NCBI GenBank assembly: GCA_046757025.1
Contig: JBHHXN010000032.1
Span: 1-37,616, forward strand
Reading direction: 5' to 3'
DNA length: 37,616 bases
DNA from: a bacterium
GTDB lineage: Bacteria; Zhuqueibacterota; Zhuqueibacteria; Oceanimicrobiales; Oceanimicrobiaceae
Shown here: piece after piece, positions 11,219 to 20,059 of the stretch
Numbering within the stretch: the first letter of the stretch is position 1
Layout: each line of letters starts with the position of its first letter
The notes under the pieces: generated by a model
What the model was told of the DNA's origin: nothing
Databases searched by the model: none
What the model saw: only the letters and a program-made list of their open reading frames with translations
Program-made: the position numbers and the translations under genes

Positions 11219-11952
11219 GCGGTCACCAAGGCCAGATAGGATTGTCTCCTCCGCGCAGGCAGAGACAAAATATCCTGTTCACTCCAGGCATAACTGCGCG
11301 CCAGGATGTGCACTTCGTGCAGAATCCGTTTTGCCAGAGCCGCGATTTCAGCCCACACATAAGAAATCACATCCAAATCCATCTGACAGAGTTCGCCGCA
11401 TGTTTTACACTCGGACATAAGTCTTATCTCAGCTAACGGATCTAACTCGACCATTTTTTTTGAAATGGCGGAAAGCAACTTTTTGGGGATTCGGGATTTT
11501 TGTACCGGCTTGCCGTCACGCTTCACCCACAAGATGCAGAGATTCTGCAGCAATTTTTCTGCAGATTTTTGGTTTTCGCACTGCGCCACTTCCGCCAGGT
11601 CGAAACTGTTTGGCAGTCGAAAGACCGTTTCATAACCGTCTTGATTGAATGAATGCTCTTCAACGTCCTCTTCCTCTGGCGCAGACAGAGTGAGGTGATC
11701 CGTTTGCAAAGTGACTTCCATTTTTTCCTGGCACGATTCACAGGTAATCCAACCGTGGATCAGACTGCCAAAAATCTGCTGGCGGATTTGCAGCAAGCGC
11801 GCGTCCCGCTGACCTTTGCTCCATTTTGCCAGCGCTGCTCTGGTCGATTCCGGGTAAGCGGCCTGTAAAACGGTCAACGCGCGATCCACCGGATGCTGCG
11901 ATTGCCCGGCTTCCCAGATTTGCAAGAGCAATTGTTCGTTTAAAATTCGCAT
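11215..11952 (-). CDS. T4 gp26-like baseplate / tail assembly chaperone with two CxxC motifs
   Basis: GQRDARLLQIR..FG, CESC and CKTC, FRLPNSFDL, LHEVHILARSYAWSEQDILSLPARRRQSYL; directly follows the tube gene. Confidence 0.75.
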   Translation of the reverse strand: MRILNEQLLLQIWEAGQSQHPVDRALTVLQAAYPESTRAALAKWSKGQRDARLLQIRQQIFGSLIHGWITCESCQEKMEVTLQTDHLTLSAPEEEDVEEHSFNQDGYETVFRLPNSFDLAEVAQCENQKSAEKLLQNLCILWVKRDGKPVQKSRIPKKLLSAISKKMVELDPLAEIRLMSECKTCGELCQMDLDVISYVWAEIAALAKRILHEVHILARSYAWSEQDILSLPARRRQSYLALVTA

Positions 11953-11955
11953 TTC

Positions 11956-12480
11956 TTAGGCCGGCTCGGTAAAGCTGGGTTCGGTGGGTTCCACCACGTT
12001 TTCATCGCGTCGCCAACCCTCGTTTTCAAGCTTGAGCATTTCGATGGCCACGGCATTGGCATTGGCGTCCAGCTCCGGCAGCGCCTGAAACTCCGACACC
12101 CAGCAACGAAAAACGTTGTAAGCAATCACCAACTGCCCGGCTTCGTTGTAAACTTCGATGGTGATATCCTTGCGAAAATCGGCCAGGGAGACTTCCGCTC
12201 CCAGGCCGGCGCCCTGGCTCCAGACTTTGTTTGCCCACTGTTCAAACTCGGGATCATGCGTCACCCCGCGCTCCAGCGTAACCGCTTCGTACTGGGTTCG
12301 TCCCGGCGACTTGCGATCGCTGCTGGGATCGCCCCCCTCGCGATGGGACACCACCTCGGTGGTGCGTTTTAAAATGCTCACCTTGCTGACGCCAGCGACA
12401 TACTTGTTGTCCCATTTAACGCGAAATTTAAAATTTTTGTAAGGATCAAATCGTTGTGCATTAACGCTAAACTGTGCCAT
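11956..12480 (-). CDS. Contractile tail tube protein (T4 gp19-like; Afp1/5)
   Basis: RFDPYKNFKFRVKWD...VSHREGGD...KSPGRTQYEAVTLERGVT...FRKDITIEVYNEAG...CWVSEFQALPELDANANAVAIE; AGGAGG RBS. Confidence 0.96.
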   Translation of the reverse strand: MAQFSVNAQRFDPYKNFKFRVKWDNKYVAGVSKVSILKRTTEVVSHREGGDPSSDRKSPGRTQYEAVTLERGVTHDPEFEQWANKVWSQGAGLGAEVSLADFRKDITIEVYNEAGQLVIAYNVFRCWVSEFQALPELDANANAVAIEMLKLENEGWRRDENVVEPTEPSFTEPA

Positions 12481-12491
12481 AAAATGCCTCC

Positions 12492-14192
12492 TTAGGTCTC
12501 GATTTGCCCAGCCAGCTGCTGGATTTTGATGATGACAAATTCGGCCGGTTTCAATGGCGCAAAACCAACCAGAATATTGACGATGCCCTGATCGATATCG
12601 TTTTGTGTAGTAGTCTCACTGTCGCACTTGACCAAATACGCTTCCCGTGGCGTGCTGCCCTGGAAGGCGCCCTGGCGGAAAAGATTGTGCATGAACGCCC
12701 CAACGTTCAAACGAATCTGCGCCCACAGCGGTTCGTCGTTGGGCTCAAAAACCACCCATTGTGTTCCGCGGTAAAGGCTCTCTTCGATAAACAACGCAGT
12801 CCGGCGCACCGGAATGTATTTCCATTCCGAAGCCAGACGGTCGTCTCCTTTCAGGGTGCGCGCACCCCAGACGATGCGGCCGGCAGGCGGTTTAAATCGC
12901 AAGCAATTGATGCCCAGGGGATTGAGCTCGCCGTTTTCGAGATCCGTCAGCGGAACACTCAATTCCGGTACCCCCCGCAGAGTGGCATCCAAGCCGGCTG
13001 GCGCTTTCCAGACGCCGCGCTGAGTGTCGGTGCGCGCGAAAATGCCTGCCACCGCTCCACACGGCACGAACGCCTCACGCTGACCATCTTTCAGAGGGTT
13101 GGGCTGTTTTAATCGTGGGAAAAACAGCGCCGCATTCTGACTTCTCGTGCTTATTTCTGTGGCAAATTTGGTTTTGGCATCTTCTTTTGTTTTCCACCCG
13201 TCGGGAGGATCGATGATCAGCATCGCTCTTCGATCTTCACAATATTTTGCGGCTTTGGACCAAACCGTATCATCTGTATTATTTGAAGTATTGTAGGGCG
13301 GGATACAGAGAATATTAAAAAGGTCGGCGTCTTTCAGTGCATAAATACCTTCTTTAGCATTTTCTTTACCAGGCCCACTGAAATCATTGGCATCCAAAGC
13401 TTTGCCGTCGGACGCTAAATCAGCATCTGCAACCTTGCTGTTGGTGGCCGGTGTATTATCGTCCCACCTGTCTTCACCCACTTTGGGAAGATTGTGCTTA
13501 GCCGGTATATTGGCAGGCAGAGGATCCGTAGTAATCCTAAGCAATTTCGATTCATTTTCTAATATTTTATTCACTAAACGAGGACTTTCTTTCACGGTCA
13601 AATTGCGAAAAACTTCCGTGAAGTCGGTTTTTGTATCTCGAATGGTCAAGTTAAATAAATCTGATTTAGTGAGATCGAATCGCTCCGCAACCTCCAAAGT
13701 CACATCATGATCGACTATCAACCGCAAATGGTTGCCCCATTGGCCTGAATAAGCCGCTTCATAAGTAAAGTCACCGTGTTTAATTTTGGCTTTGGCCGGT
13801 CGGGGAGTATCGGCAGAAGTAGAGGAACTTTCCGAGGAGGTTTCACCTTCAGTGGACTCGCTACCTTCTGCAGACGTTTCCTCTCCAGAGGAATCCGATC
13901 CATTTGTGGAGCCGTTTTCATCTTCTTCATGGAATAAACGAACGATGATGGCCCGGCTGCCGCCATTCAAATAAAAATCTCGCACAGCAAACCCAAGATG
14001 ACTTTCTTTCCACAAGCCGCCAAAAATGCGTTCAAAATCAGCAAAGCTGTTAATCGAAATGGGTCGGTTCTCCGGGCCGCGCTGGGCTCGGCCCACAAAC
14101 GCGGTGATAGAGGTGGCCACCCCTATGATGGTACGCACACCGCTGGGGACTTCTTCAACATACACGCCCGGATAAGTTGGTTGAACAGGCAT
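12492..14192 (-). CDS. Contractile tail sheath protein (Afp2/3/4-like)
   Basis: PTYPGVYVEEVPSGVRTI, RGVWKAPAG, NPLGINCLR, VWGARTL, WKYIPVRR, FEPNDEPLW, GFAPLKPAEFVII; AGGAGG RBS. Confidence 0.97.
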   Translation of the reverse strand: MPVQPTYPGVYVEEVPSGVRTIIGVATSITAFVGRAQRGPENRPISINSFADFERIFGGLWKESHLGFAVRDFYLNGGSRAIIVRLFHEEDENGSTNGSDSSGEETSAEGSESTEGETSSESSSTSADTPRPAKAKIKHGDFTYEAAYSGQWGNHLRLIVDHDVTLEVAERFDLTKSDLFNLTIRDTKTDFTEVFRNLTVKESPRLVNKILENESKLLRITTDPLPANIPAKHNLPKVGEDRWDDNTPATNSKVADADLASDGKALDANDFSGPGKENAKEGIYALKDADLFNILCIPPYNTSNNTDDTVWSKAAKYCEDRRAMLIIDPPDGWKTKEDAKTKFATEISTRSQNAALFFPRLKQPNPLKDGQREAFVPCGAVAGIFARTDTQRGVWKAPAGLDATLRGVPELSVPLTDLENGELNPLGINCLRFKPPAGRIVWGARTLKGDDRLASEWKYIPVRRTALFIEESLYRGTQWVVFEPNDEPLWAQIRLNVGAFMHNLFRQGAFQGSTPREAYLVKCDSETTTQNDIDQGIVNILVGFAPLKPAEFVIIKIQQLAGQIET

Positions 14193-14215
14193 GGGAATAC
14201 CTCCTATTAAAATTA

Positions 14216-14494
14216 TTAATTTTCTTTATCCAATATTTCTAATTCTCTGGGAATGTCTTCGAGCTTTTTTTGATTGACACGATAATAATTTTGTAGATCT
14301 TCTTTTTGAATTTCTTCTAAAAACCCTTCTTTAACCAGGTAAGCGATGGCCGCGAGCACAATGTCCACTTTTTCTTCCAAGCGCTGTTGAAAGGTCCAAT
14401 ATTCGGCAATGCCCCGTGCGGTATGCTTGGCGCCTGGTTGTTTTTGGATATATCGTAAAATATCTCGGATGGCCGCCCGTTGTTCATCTGTCAT
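14216..14494 (-). CDS. Small eCIS-leading hypothetical protein, probable winged-helix fold (92 aa)
   Basis: ILRYIQKQPGAKHTARGIAEYW...VLAAIAYLVKEGFLEE...YYRVN resembles a winged HTH; first gene after the sigma54 promoter. Confidence 0.7.
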   Translation of the reverse strand: MTDEQRAAIRDILRYIQKQPGAKHTARGIAEYWTFQQRLEEKVDIVLAAIAYLVKEGFLEEIQKEDLQNYYRVNQKKLEDIPRELEILDKEN

Positions 14495-14560
14495 TTAAAA
14501 AATTAAATTAAATTGATCTACACACGTTAATTGGATGCCGTGGAAATGTCACCCAACCCT

Positions 14561-14576
14561 TGCAAGAATAATTCCA
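14561..14576 (-). promoter_or_regulatory. sigma54 (-24/-12) promoter of the eCIS operon
   Basis: Minus strand TGGAATTATTCTTGCA gives GG-N10-GC with TTGCA at -12; ~67 bp upstream of the 92-aa gene and next to a sigma54 activator gene. Confidence 0.78.
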
Positions 14577-14654
14577 TTAAAATCAGCGGGTTTTAATATC
14601 AGTTAAAATAGCCACTTGTAACAAAAGTAGATTTTCAGCTAAATTTGAAATAGT

Positions 14655-14759
14655 GTGGAGTTTTTCCCCTGCACTTTTTGGTGAAGCGATGGCAAATGTC
14701 ACAAAAACAGAGAATTGTTACCTGGATATTTTTCTTCGCAGTGGGGGGAATTTTTCCAC
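14655..14759. promoter_or_regulatory. Candidate upstream activator sequences (two GTGGA-N5-TCCCC sites in opposite orientation)
   Basis: GTGGAGTTTTTCCCC at 14655-14669 (+) and GTGGAAAAATTCCCC at 14759-14745 (-), roughly 110 and 200 bp upstream of the predicted transcription start. Confidence 0.5.
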
Positions 14760-14883
14760 GCCGATCCCGTTTTGGAATATTTTGAATCAGAAGACCATTT
14801 TGAATTGAGTCTGGACGCTGTGGGAAATTATTATTTTTGCGAGGGCCGCAGCAATTTGTCGTGTGAATTCTGGTGAAGTCCTT

Positions 14884-15921
14884 TTAATGGTAAGATTCCT
14901 CGGAATTCGAACTGCGGTAGCGGCTGGCTTTCAGACGATATTTTCGCATGAGCTTCCAGAAATCACTGGCGTGCATGTCGGCATGTTTGGCACAGCGCGT
15001 CACGATGCCGCGATATTTTTTTAGTAGAACACACAGATATTTTTTTTCGAATGAGGCGACGATTTGCTTTTTGGCTTGTTTCCAGGGCAACGCTTCCAGC
15101 TCCCGGCTGAATGGCAGTGTAGGGTCGAACGGTTTTTTTTGTTTAAAGGATAGTTTGTCGATGGTTTGGACTTGGGAATCGATTAAAGAACGTTTAACAA
15201 AATTCTCCAATTCCCGGATATTTCCCGGCCAGGGATAATCCATTAACGCTTTCAGGGCTCTGGCGGAAAATTGCAGGTTGTGATTCGCATTCAAATCGCT
15301 ATTTTTGGAGATAAAATAATGCACTAACAGCGCGATGTCCTGAACACGATTGCGCAGCGCCGGCACCTGCAGCTCATATTCGGCCAGCCGATAGTACAAG
15401 TCTTCGCGAAAATCGCCTGCGGAAACTTCCTGGCTCAGATCCGAATTGGCCGCGGCCACGATGCGCACATTGGCTTGTCGAAAGCCATTTTCTCCCAACC
15501 GCCGAAAACAGCCGGTCTCCAGAAAATGATTTAGTTTTACCTGCGAGCTAAGGGGCAGAGAATTGATCTCATCCAGGAATAAAATGCCTTCGTGCGCTTC
15601 TTCCACCAAACCAGAGCGCTCTTTGTACGCCCCGGTGAAAGCGCCTTTGGAGTGACCAAACAATTGACTCTCAAACAGATTTTCCGGCGTCGCACCGCAG
15701 TTGAACGGAATGAAAGGTCTGTTATGGCGTTCGCCGTACTGGTGAATAAATTCGGCACATCGGCCCTTGCCGGTGCCGGTTTCGCCAATCAACAGCACCG
15801 AAACATTTATATCGGATATTTTTTTGAGTTTTTCTACAAGCCCCAAAAAGTCAGGATGCTGCCCGATAAGCCCTTCCCGGGCGTGTTTACGCCGCAAGGA
15901 AAGCAATATATCTTCTTTCAT
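14884..15921 (-). CDS. sigma54-dependent enhancer-binding protein (AAA+ plus Fis-type HTH) with no N-terminal sensor domain
   Basis: GETGTGK, ESQLFGHSKGAFTGA, LFLDEI, FREDLYYRL, WPGNIRELEN and a C-terminal HTH; the AAA domain starts at about residue 18; AGGAG RBS. Confidence 0.95.
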   Translation of the reverse strand: MKEDILLSLRRKHAREGLIGQHPDFLGLVEKLKKISDINVSVLLIGETGTGKGRCAEFIHQYGERHNRPFIPFNCGATPENLFESQLFGHSKGAFTGAYKERSGLVEEAHEGILFLDEINSLPLSSQVKLNHFLETGCFRRLGENGFRQANVRIVAAANSDLSQEVSAGDFREDLYYRLAEYELQVPALRNRVQDIALLVHYFISKNSDLNANHNLQFSARALKALMDYPWPGNIRELENFVKRSLIDSQVQTIDKLSFKQKKPFDPTLPFSRELEALPWKQAKKQIVASFEKKYLCVLLKKYRGIVTRCAKHADMHASDFWKLMRKYRLKASRYRSSNSEESYH

Positions 15922-16076
15922 CTATGCTCCTAAACGCATAAAATGAAATGATCACAAATTTATTTATTTGCTGCACAAAAAAAGGCTAAGGCATTTCTTA
16001 TCTAAGTAATCTATGAATGCAGGCATTACCAGCAAACTATGATGGATAATAAAATTCAGCTAAGGAACACTGCCCA

Positions 16077-16092
16077 AACAAAATTGATGCCA
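16077..16092 (-). promoter_or_regulatory. Possible sigma54 promoter for the activator gene
   Basis: Minus strand TGGCATCAATTTTGTT gives a TGGCA -24 box and GG-N10-GT (variant -12 box). Confidence 0.45.
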
Positions 16093-16226
16093 ACGCAGAA
16101 CAAATACTTTAATTCATATCCCTACGAACAGACGAGATAAAATTGAGTGATGCAAAACTTTCGAAGGAGCGGTTCAGTTAATGAACGCAATGGATAAGAA
16201 AAAAGGTTCTAGAGACAAAAATGTTC

Positions 16227-16266
16227 TCTCAATTAAAAGACACCTCTAATTGAGATTTTCTCTCAA
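16227..16266. promoter_or_regulatory. Overlapping inverted repeats TCTCAATTA-N11-TAATTGAGA and TTGAGA-N5-TCTCAA; possible regulator binding sites
   Basis: Palindromes read directly in the AT-rich intergenic DNA upstream of the activator gene. Confidence 0.45.
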
Positions 16267-16527
16267 AACACATTAATACGCGGTCAACAACCTGGTGGGA
16301 ATTCTAAATTAATTACTATTCAGACAAATCTGCAGTTGTTACAATGATTAAACCTAGTTGGAAAATCGGAGGCGCCATTCAGAATAGCATATAAAAGACG
16401 AAAAATCTCAATACAAGACCTGATGTTCATAATAACAAGATATTTCAAAATAGCAAGAAAAAAGTAGTAAAGCACGAAAAAAGAAAATCGCTTACTAATT
16501 TTGTCAACTTTTTTCAGGACGGCACTT

Positions 16528-16562
16528 TCCATCCTCTATCTTCTATCTTCCATCCTCAATCC
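16528..16562. repeat. Tandem heptamer repeat x5 overlapping the peptidase stop codon
   Basis: TCCATCC TCTATCT TCTATCT TCCATCC TCAATCC read directly. Confidence 0.75.
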
Positions 16563-18242
16563 TCGACCAACTCCCGCATTTTCAAATTCACTGCCGGCCC
16601 GCCACTCCGGAGCAACGTCGGCGTTGGCTATCCAAATACCCGCCAGAAATACGGTCTGCACATGCTTGGCCATGTAATGAAAATTAAAAGGCAAGTCAAG
16701 CTCGTCCGAGGGTTGATGATAATACTGTTTCAGCTCTTCAAACAACTCGGCAGTTAATCCAAATCCCGGGAAAATGGCCGGCACGCCCTTTTGCGAGAAG
16801 CGGTAGTGATCGCTGCGATAAAAAATGCGCTCGCCGGGCAATTCATCCGGCATAATTCGCAGCCCCATTTCGCGGGCGGCCTTTTCAATTACTTCGCCCA
16901 GTGAGCTGAGATTTTTTCCATAGATAACCAGGCCGGTGCTGTCCCCTATTCCGATGACATCCAAATTAATGTTCGCGATGGTTTTGGACAACGGGAAAAC
17001 AGGATGCTCCACGTAAAATTGCGATCCCAGCAGACCTTTTTCTTCGGCGGTAACCGCCAGAAATAGCAGCGACCGTTTGGGCCTCGTCGGCAGCAATGTG
17101 AACGCTTCGGCCAGCTCCAGCAAACCGGCCACGCCCGAGGCATTGTCTGCCGCGCCGTTGTAAATTGAATCGCCCGCCACCGGCGTTCCGATACCCAAAT
17201 GGTCAAAATGCGCGGTAAACACCACCACCTCTGATTTTAGAACAGAGTCCGCGCCGGCTAGATAAGCGATCACGTTACGAGCGGGAAGTTTTTTTTCTTC
17301 GGTGATGAATTTCATTTGCACGCTTTTGTTCATGGCAAATGGGCTGACCCTCCCTGCAGCGGCCGAGGAATCGATTCCCTGAAAAGGCATGAGCTCGTTT
17401 GCAAACAGCAGTTCACTGGCATCGGGATGCAAAATAACAGCGGGAAAATATTTTTTATCTTCCTTGGAGTGCGTTTCCAAAGCCATCTCCACATTGGAAT
17501 GTAACCGTACTTGCGCTGCCCAGCTATTCTGTTCGATGAAATCAGGCCGAGTCGCACCTACCACGCCGGCCGCGTTCAGATCCCGGGCGATTTGACGTTT
17601 GGTGGAAAAACTTGCGTATTTTGAAGATTCCGCCCTTGTAATAAAGTCGTCTGTTTTAGAAGTGGGCACGCCGGTAACAAATACGGAAATCTTACCTTCC
17701 ACATTTAGATTTTGAAAATCATCGTACGCAAATTCAGGCGCTCGGATCCCGAAGCCGGTAAAAACCAGTTCGCCGCTCAGCTCAAAGCGGTGGGTGGCGG
17801 GAACACCGACTACTAAAAAATCCTTCTGATATTGCAAAGGCACATATTCGCCGTTGATTTCGATACGCATTTCTGAGTAATGAGAAACCGATCTGGCTAC
17901 CAGCGGCACAGTCTGAAAATACGAGCCCTGCTCGCCTGCTGGCTGTAGTCCCATCTGCTGAAATTGACTGGCCAGATACCGTGCCGCCACCTGCGCTCCG
18001 CGGCGGCCGGCTTCCCGACCTTCCAGTTCATCGCTGGCTAAAAATGCCACATGCGCTCGCAGTTGACCGGGTCGAATGCTCCGCAACGCCGTGAGCTCTT
18101 CGGCCGGCTTCACCACCGGCGCTTCGGTTCCGTCCTCTTCTCGAATAAAAGGATTGGTTTTCGTGAATCGAATGCTAAAATAGATCAAACCAAACGCAAC
18201 GGCGGCGATGATAATCAACAGCACCGGGAAGCGAAAGTACAT
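16536..18242 (-). CDS. M28 family metallopeptidase with PA-like insert and N-terminal membrane anchor
   Basis: LASDELEGR, FTAHFDHLG, IYNGAADNASG, AEEKGLLGS, NINLDVIG, RSDHYRF, YHQPSD; GGAGGAG RBS. Confidence 0.93.
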   Translation of the reverse strand: MYFRFPVLLIIIAAVAFGLIYFSIRFTKTNPFIREEDGTEAPVVKPAEELTALRSIRPGQLRAHVAFLASDELEGREAGRRGAQVAARYLASQFQQMGLQPAGEQGSYFQTVPLVARSVSHYSEMRIEINGEYVPLQYQKDFLVVGVPATHRFELSGELVFTGFGIRAPEFAYDDFQNLNVEGKISVFVTGVPTSKTDDFITRAESSKYASFSTKRQIARDLNAAGVVGATRPDFIEQNSWAAQVRLHSNVEMALETHSKEDKKYFPAVILHPDASELLFANELMPFQGIDSSAAAGRVSPFAMNKSVQMKFITEEKKLPARNVIAYLAGADSVLKSEVVVFTAHFDHLGIGTPVAGDSIYNGAADNASGVAGLLELAEAFTLLPTRPKRSLLFLAVTAEEKGLLGSQFYVEHPVFPLSKTIANINLDVIGIGDSTGLVIYGKNLSSLGEVIEKAAREMGLRIMPDELPGERIFYRSDHYRFSQKGVPAIFPGFGLTAELFEELKQYYHQPSDELDLPFNFHYMAKHVQTVFLAGIWIANADVAPEWRAGSEFENAGVGRGLRMEDRR

Positions 18243-18377
18243 TTACTCCTCCATTTCATGAAGAACCATTTTTTATTTGCAACATGCAAAAACGTGTCAA
18301 GACGCTATTGAGGCCGGGATTCGACTGGCCCGTTTCCCGATTTTATTCATGCTGCGCAATAAAATAAATTTCTTTCC

Positions 18378-18974
18378 TCAGAGCGGCCATTCATATTTCA
18401 GATCAAATATTTGTGGCTGATAATTGTTTATACTTTCAATGGCTGTTTGAGGCGTTTCGACCACGGAATACATCTGATGAAAACGGTTTTCGATGAACTT
18501 TTCCTTGAATCCTAATTTGAACTGTTCGAGCAAATGGTCGAAGTAACCGTTCACATTGACAATCACGATGGGTTTATTATGAAAACCGAGCTGCTTGAAC
18601 GAAATCATTTCGGTGATTTCTTCCAGTGTGCCAAATCCACCTGGCAGAGCGATGTAGGCGTGGCCGGCCTCTTCTAGCCCGCGCTTGCGGTTGCGCATAT
18701 CCGCCGCCGCCCGCATATCTGTTACGCCGGGGTCGGCCACGCCCATGTCCAGAAATTTTTGCAAAATGATGCCTACCACCTTGCCGCCATTCTCGCGCGC
18801 GCCGGCGCTCACCTCACGCATCAACCCCACCTGTCCGCCGCCAAATACCAGCGTATAGCCCTGTTCGGCAATGACCCGCCCCATTTCTCTGGCCGCGCCC
18901 AGATAGACGTCGTCCACATGGTTGCTGGATGAACAATAAACTGTAATATTTTCAATTGGGTATGTCTGACTCAT
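18378..18974 (-). CDS. LOG family nucleotide monophosphate phosphoribohydrolase (TIGR00730-type Rossmann fold)
   Basis: VYCSSS, VFGGGQVGLM, MRNRK, ALPGGFGTLEE, HNKPIVIVNVNGYFD. Confidence 0.92.
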   Translation of the reverse strand: MSQTYPIENITVYCSSSNHVDDVYLGAAREMGRVIAEQGYTLVFGGGQVGLMREVSAGARENGGKVVGIILQKFLDMGVADPGVTDMRAAADMRNRKRGLEEAGHAYIALPGGFGTLEEITEMISFKQLGFHNKPIVIVNVNGYFDHLLEQFKLGFKEKFIENRFHQMYSVVETPQTAIESINNYQPQIFDLKYEWPL

Positions 18975-19001
18975 GATTTTCCTTTCGCTAAATTGGGGTG
19001 G

Positions 19002-19697
19002 TCAACCCGTTCCTTCCGTCAGCAGTTGCCGCGCGCGGTGAAATATCGCCTCGAACATCGGTCGCGTCAGCCTACCGGTAAAAGTATTCTGCTGGCTGGG
19101 ATGATAAGAGGCGATCAACACCACCTTTTCGTTCAAAATCATTTCCCTTCCGTGAGCAAAAGCCGGTGGCTTTGTAAATTCGTGCTTCGAACAATTTTTG
19201 AAGTATTTCACCACCGTATCAAAAGCGATCTTGCCGAGCGCCACGATCACGCGCACATTCTCGAGCAAAAATATTTCCATTTTTAAAAAAGCAAAGCAGC
19301 GCTCTTTTTCATCGCCAGTGGGTTTATTTTTCGGCGGCGCACAGTGCAGCGCCGCGGTAATGTAGCAATCCTGCAAAGCCAGCCCGTCCTCTGAATTTAT
19401 GGATTCGGACTGATTGGCAAAACCGAATTTATACAGAGCCGAAAACAGCCAGTCGCCGCTGCGGTCGCCCGTGAACATGCGTCCGGTACGGTTGCCGCCG
19501 TGAGCGGCCGGCGCCAGTCCCACCAGCAGCAAGCGCGCTCGGGCATCGCCAAAACTGGGAATCGGTTTGCCCCAGTAATCCTCGCTTTCAAATCGGCGCA
19601 CTTTTTCCTTTGCCACTTTTTCACGCCAGTCCACTAGTCGCGGACACTGAGTACAATGGATGATTTCTTTTTGCAGTTGTGATAGTTTAGAAGCCAT
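19002..19697 (-). CDS. Uracil-DNA glycosylase, family 5 (UdgB-type, 4Fe-4S)
   Basis: CTQCPRL, GLAPAAHGGNRTGRMFTGDRSG, CAPPKNKP, YHPSQQNTFTGRLT; start may be 19697 or 19724. Confidence 0.92.
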   Translation of the reverse strand: MASKLSQLQKEIIHCTQCPRLVDWREKVAKEKVRRFESEDYWGKPIPSFGDARARLLLVGLAPAAHGGNRTGRMFTGDRSGDWLFSALYKFGFANQSESINSEDGLALQDCYITAALHCAPPKNKPTGDEKERCFAFLKMEIFLLENVRVIVALGKIAFDTVVKYFKNCSKHEFTKPPAFAHGREMILNEKVVLIASYHPSQQNTFTGRLTRPMFEAIFHRARQLLTEGTG

Positions 19698-19765
19698 ATT
19701 TAAGAAGGATTGACACAATTTCATAGAACATTATGAACACCGAGAGTCATTCTGCCTCTATTGGT

Positions 19766-19993
19766 TCAAATAAAAGATTTCTTCTGAAAAAGAAGGATCA
19801 GCGCTTGAAAATCCTGCCCGCTGATAATTTCACCGTTGCGAACGCGATGGCACAGTTGATCCACGTACTGCCGCAGCATCTCAGGATCGCTTGTCTGTTT
19901 CTGCTCGATCAATTGATTGACATTGCGCTGCAAAATCGCGATCACTTCTTCACGCTCCTCGGTCGAAGCTCCGCTGTAATCAGCTTGTTTCAT
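19766..19993 (-). CDS. Hypothetical protein (75 aa, helical)
   Basis: GAGGAG RBS upstream of the ATG; co-oriented with its neighbours. Confidence 0.6.
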   Translation of the reverse strand: MKQADYSGASTEEREEVIAILQRNVNQLIEQKQTSDPEMLRQYVDQLCHRVRNGEIISGQDFQALILLFQKKSFI

Positions 19994-20059
19994 GTTTAGC
20001 CACTCCTCAATTCACATCTGTTAGAACCCGGAAAAAGGATTCGTCCACTTCATGTTTCG

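Noticed and set aside
16320..16532. 70-aa hydrophobic ORF upstream of the activator gene
   Set aside because: AT-rich, begins inside the heptamer repeat and has no recognisable motif; cannot be supported.
16536..18242. M28 peptidase as eCIS cargo
   Set aside because: It has its own membrane anchor, lies upstream of the eCIS promoters and is an ordinary housekeeping-type enzyme.
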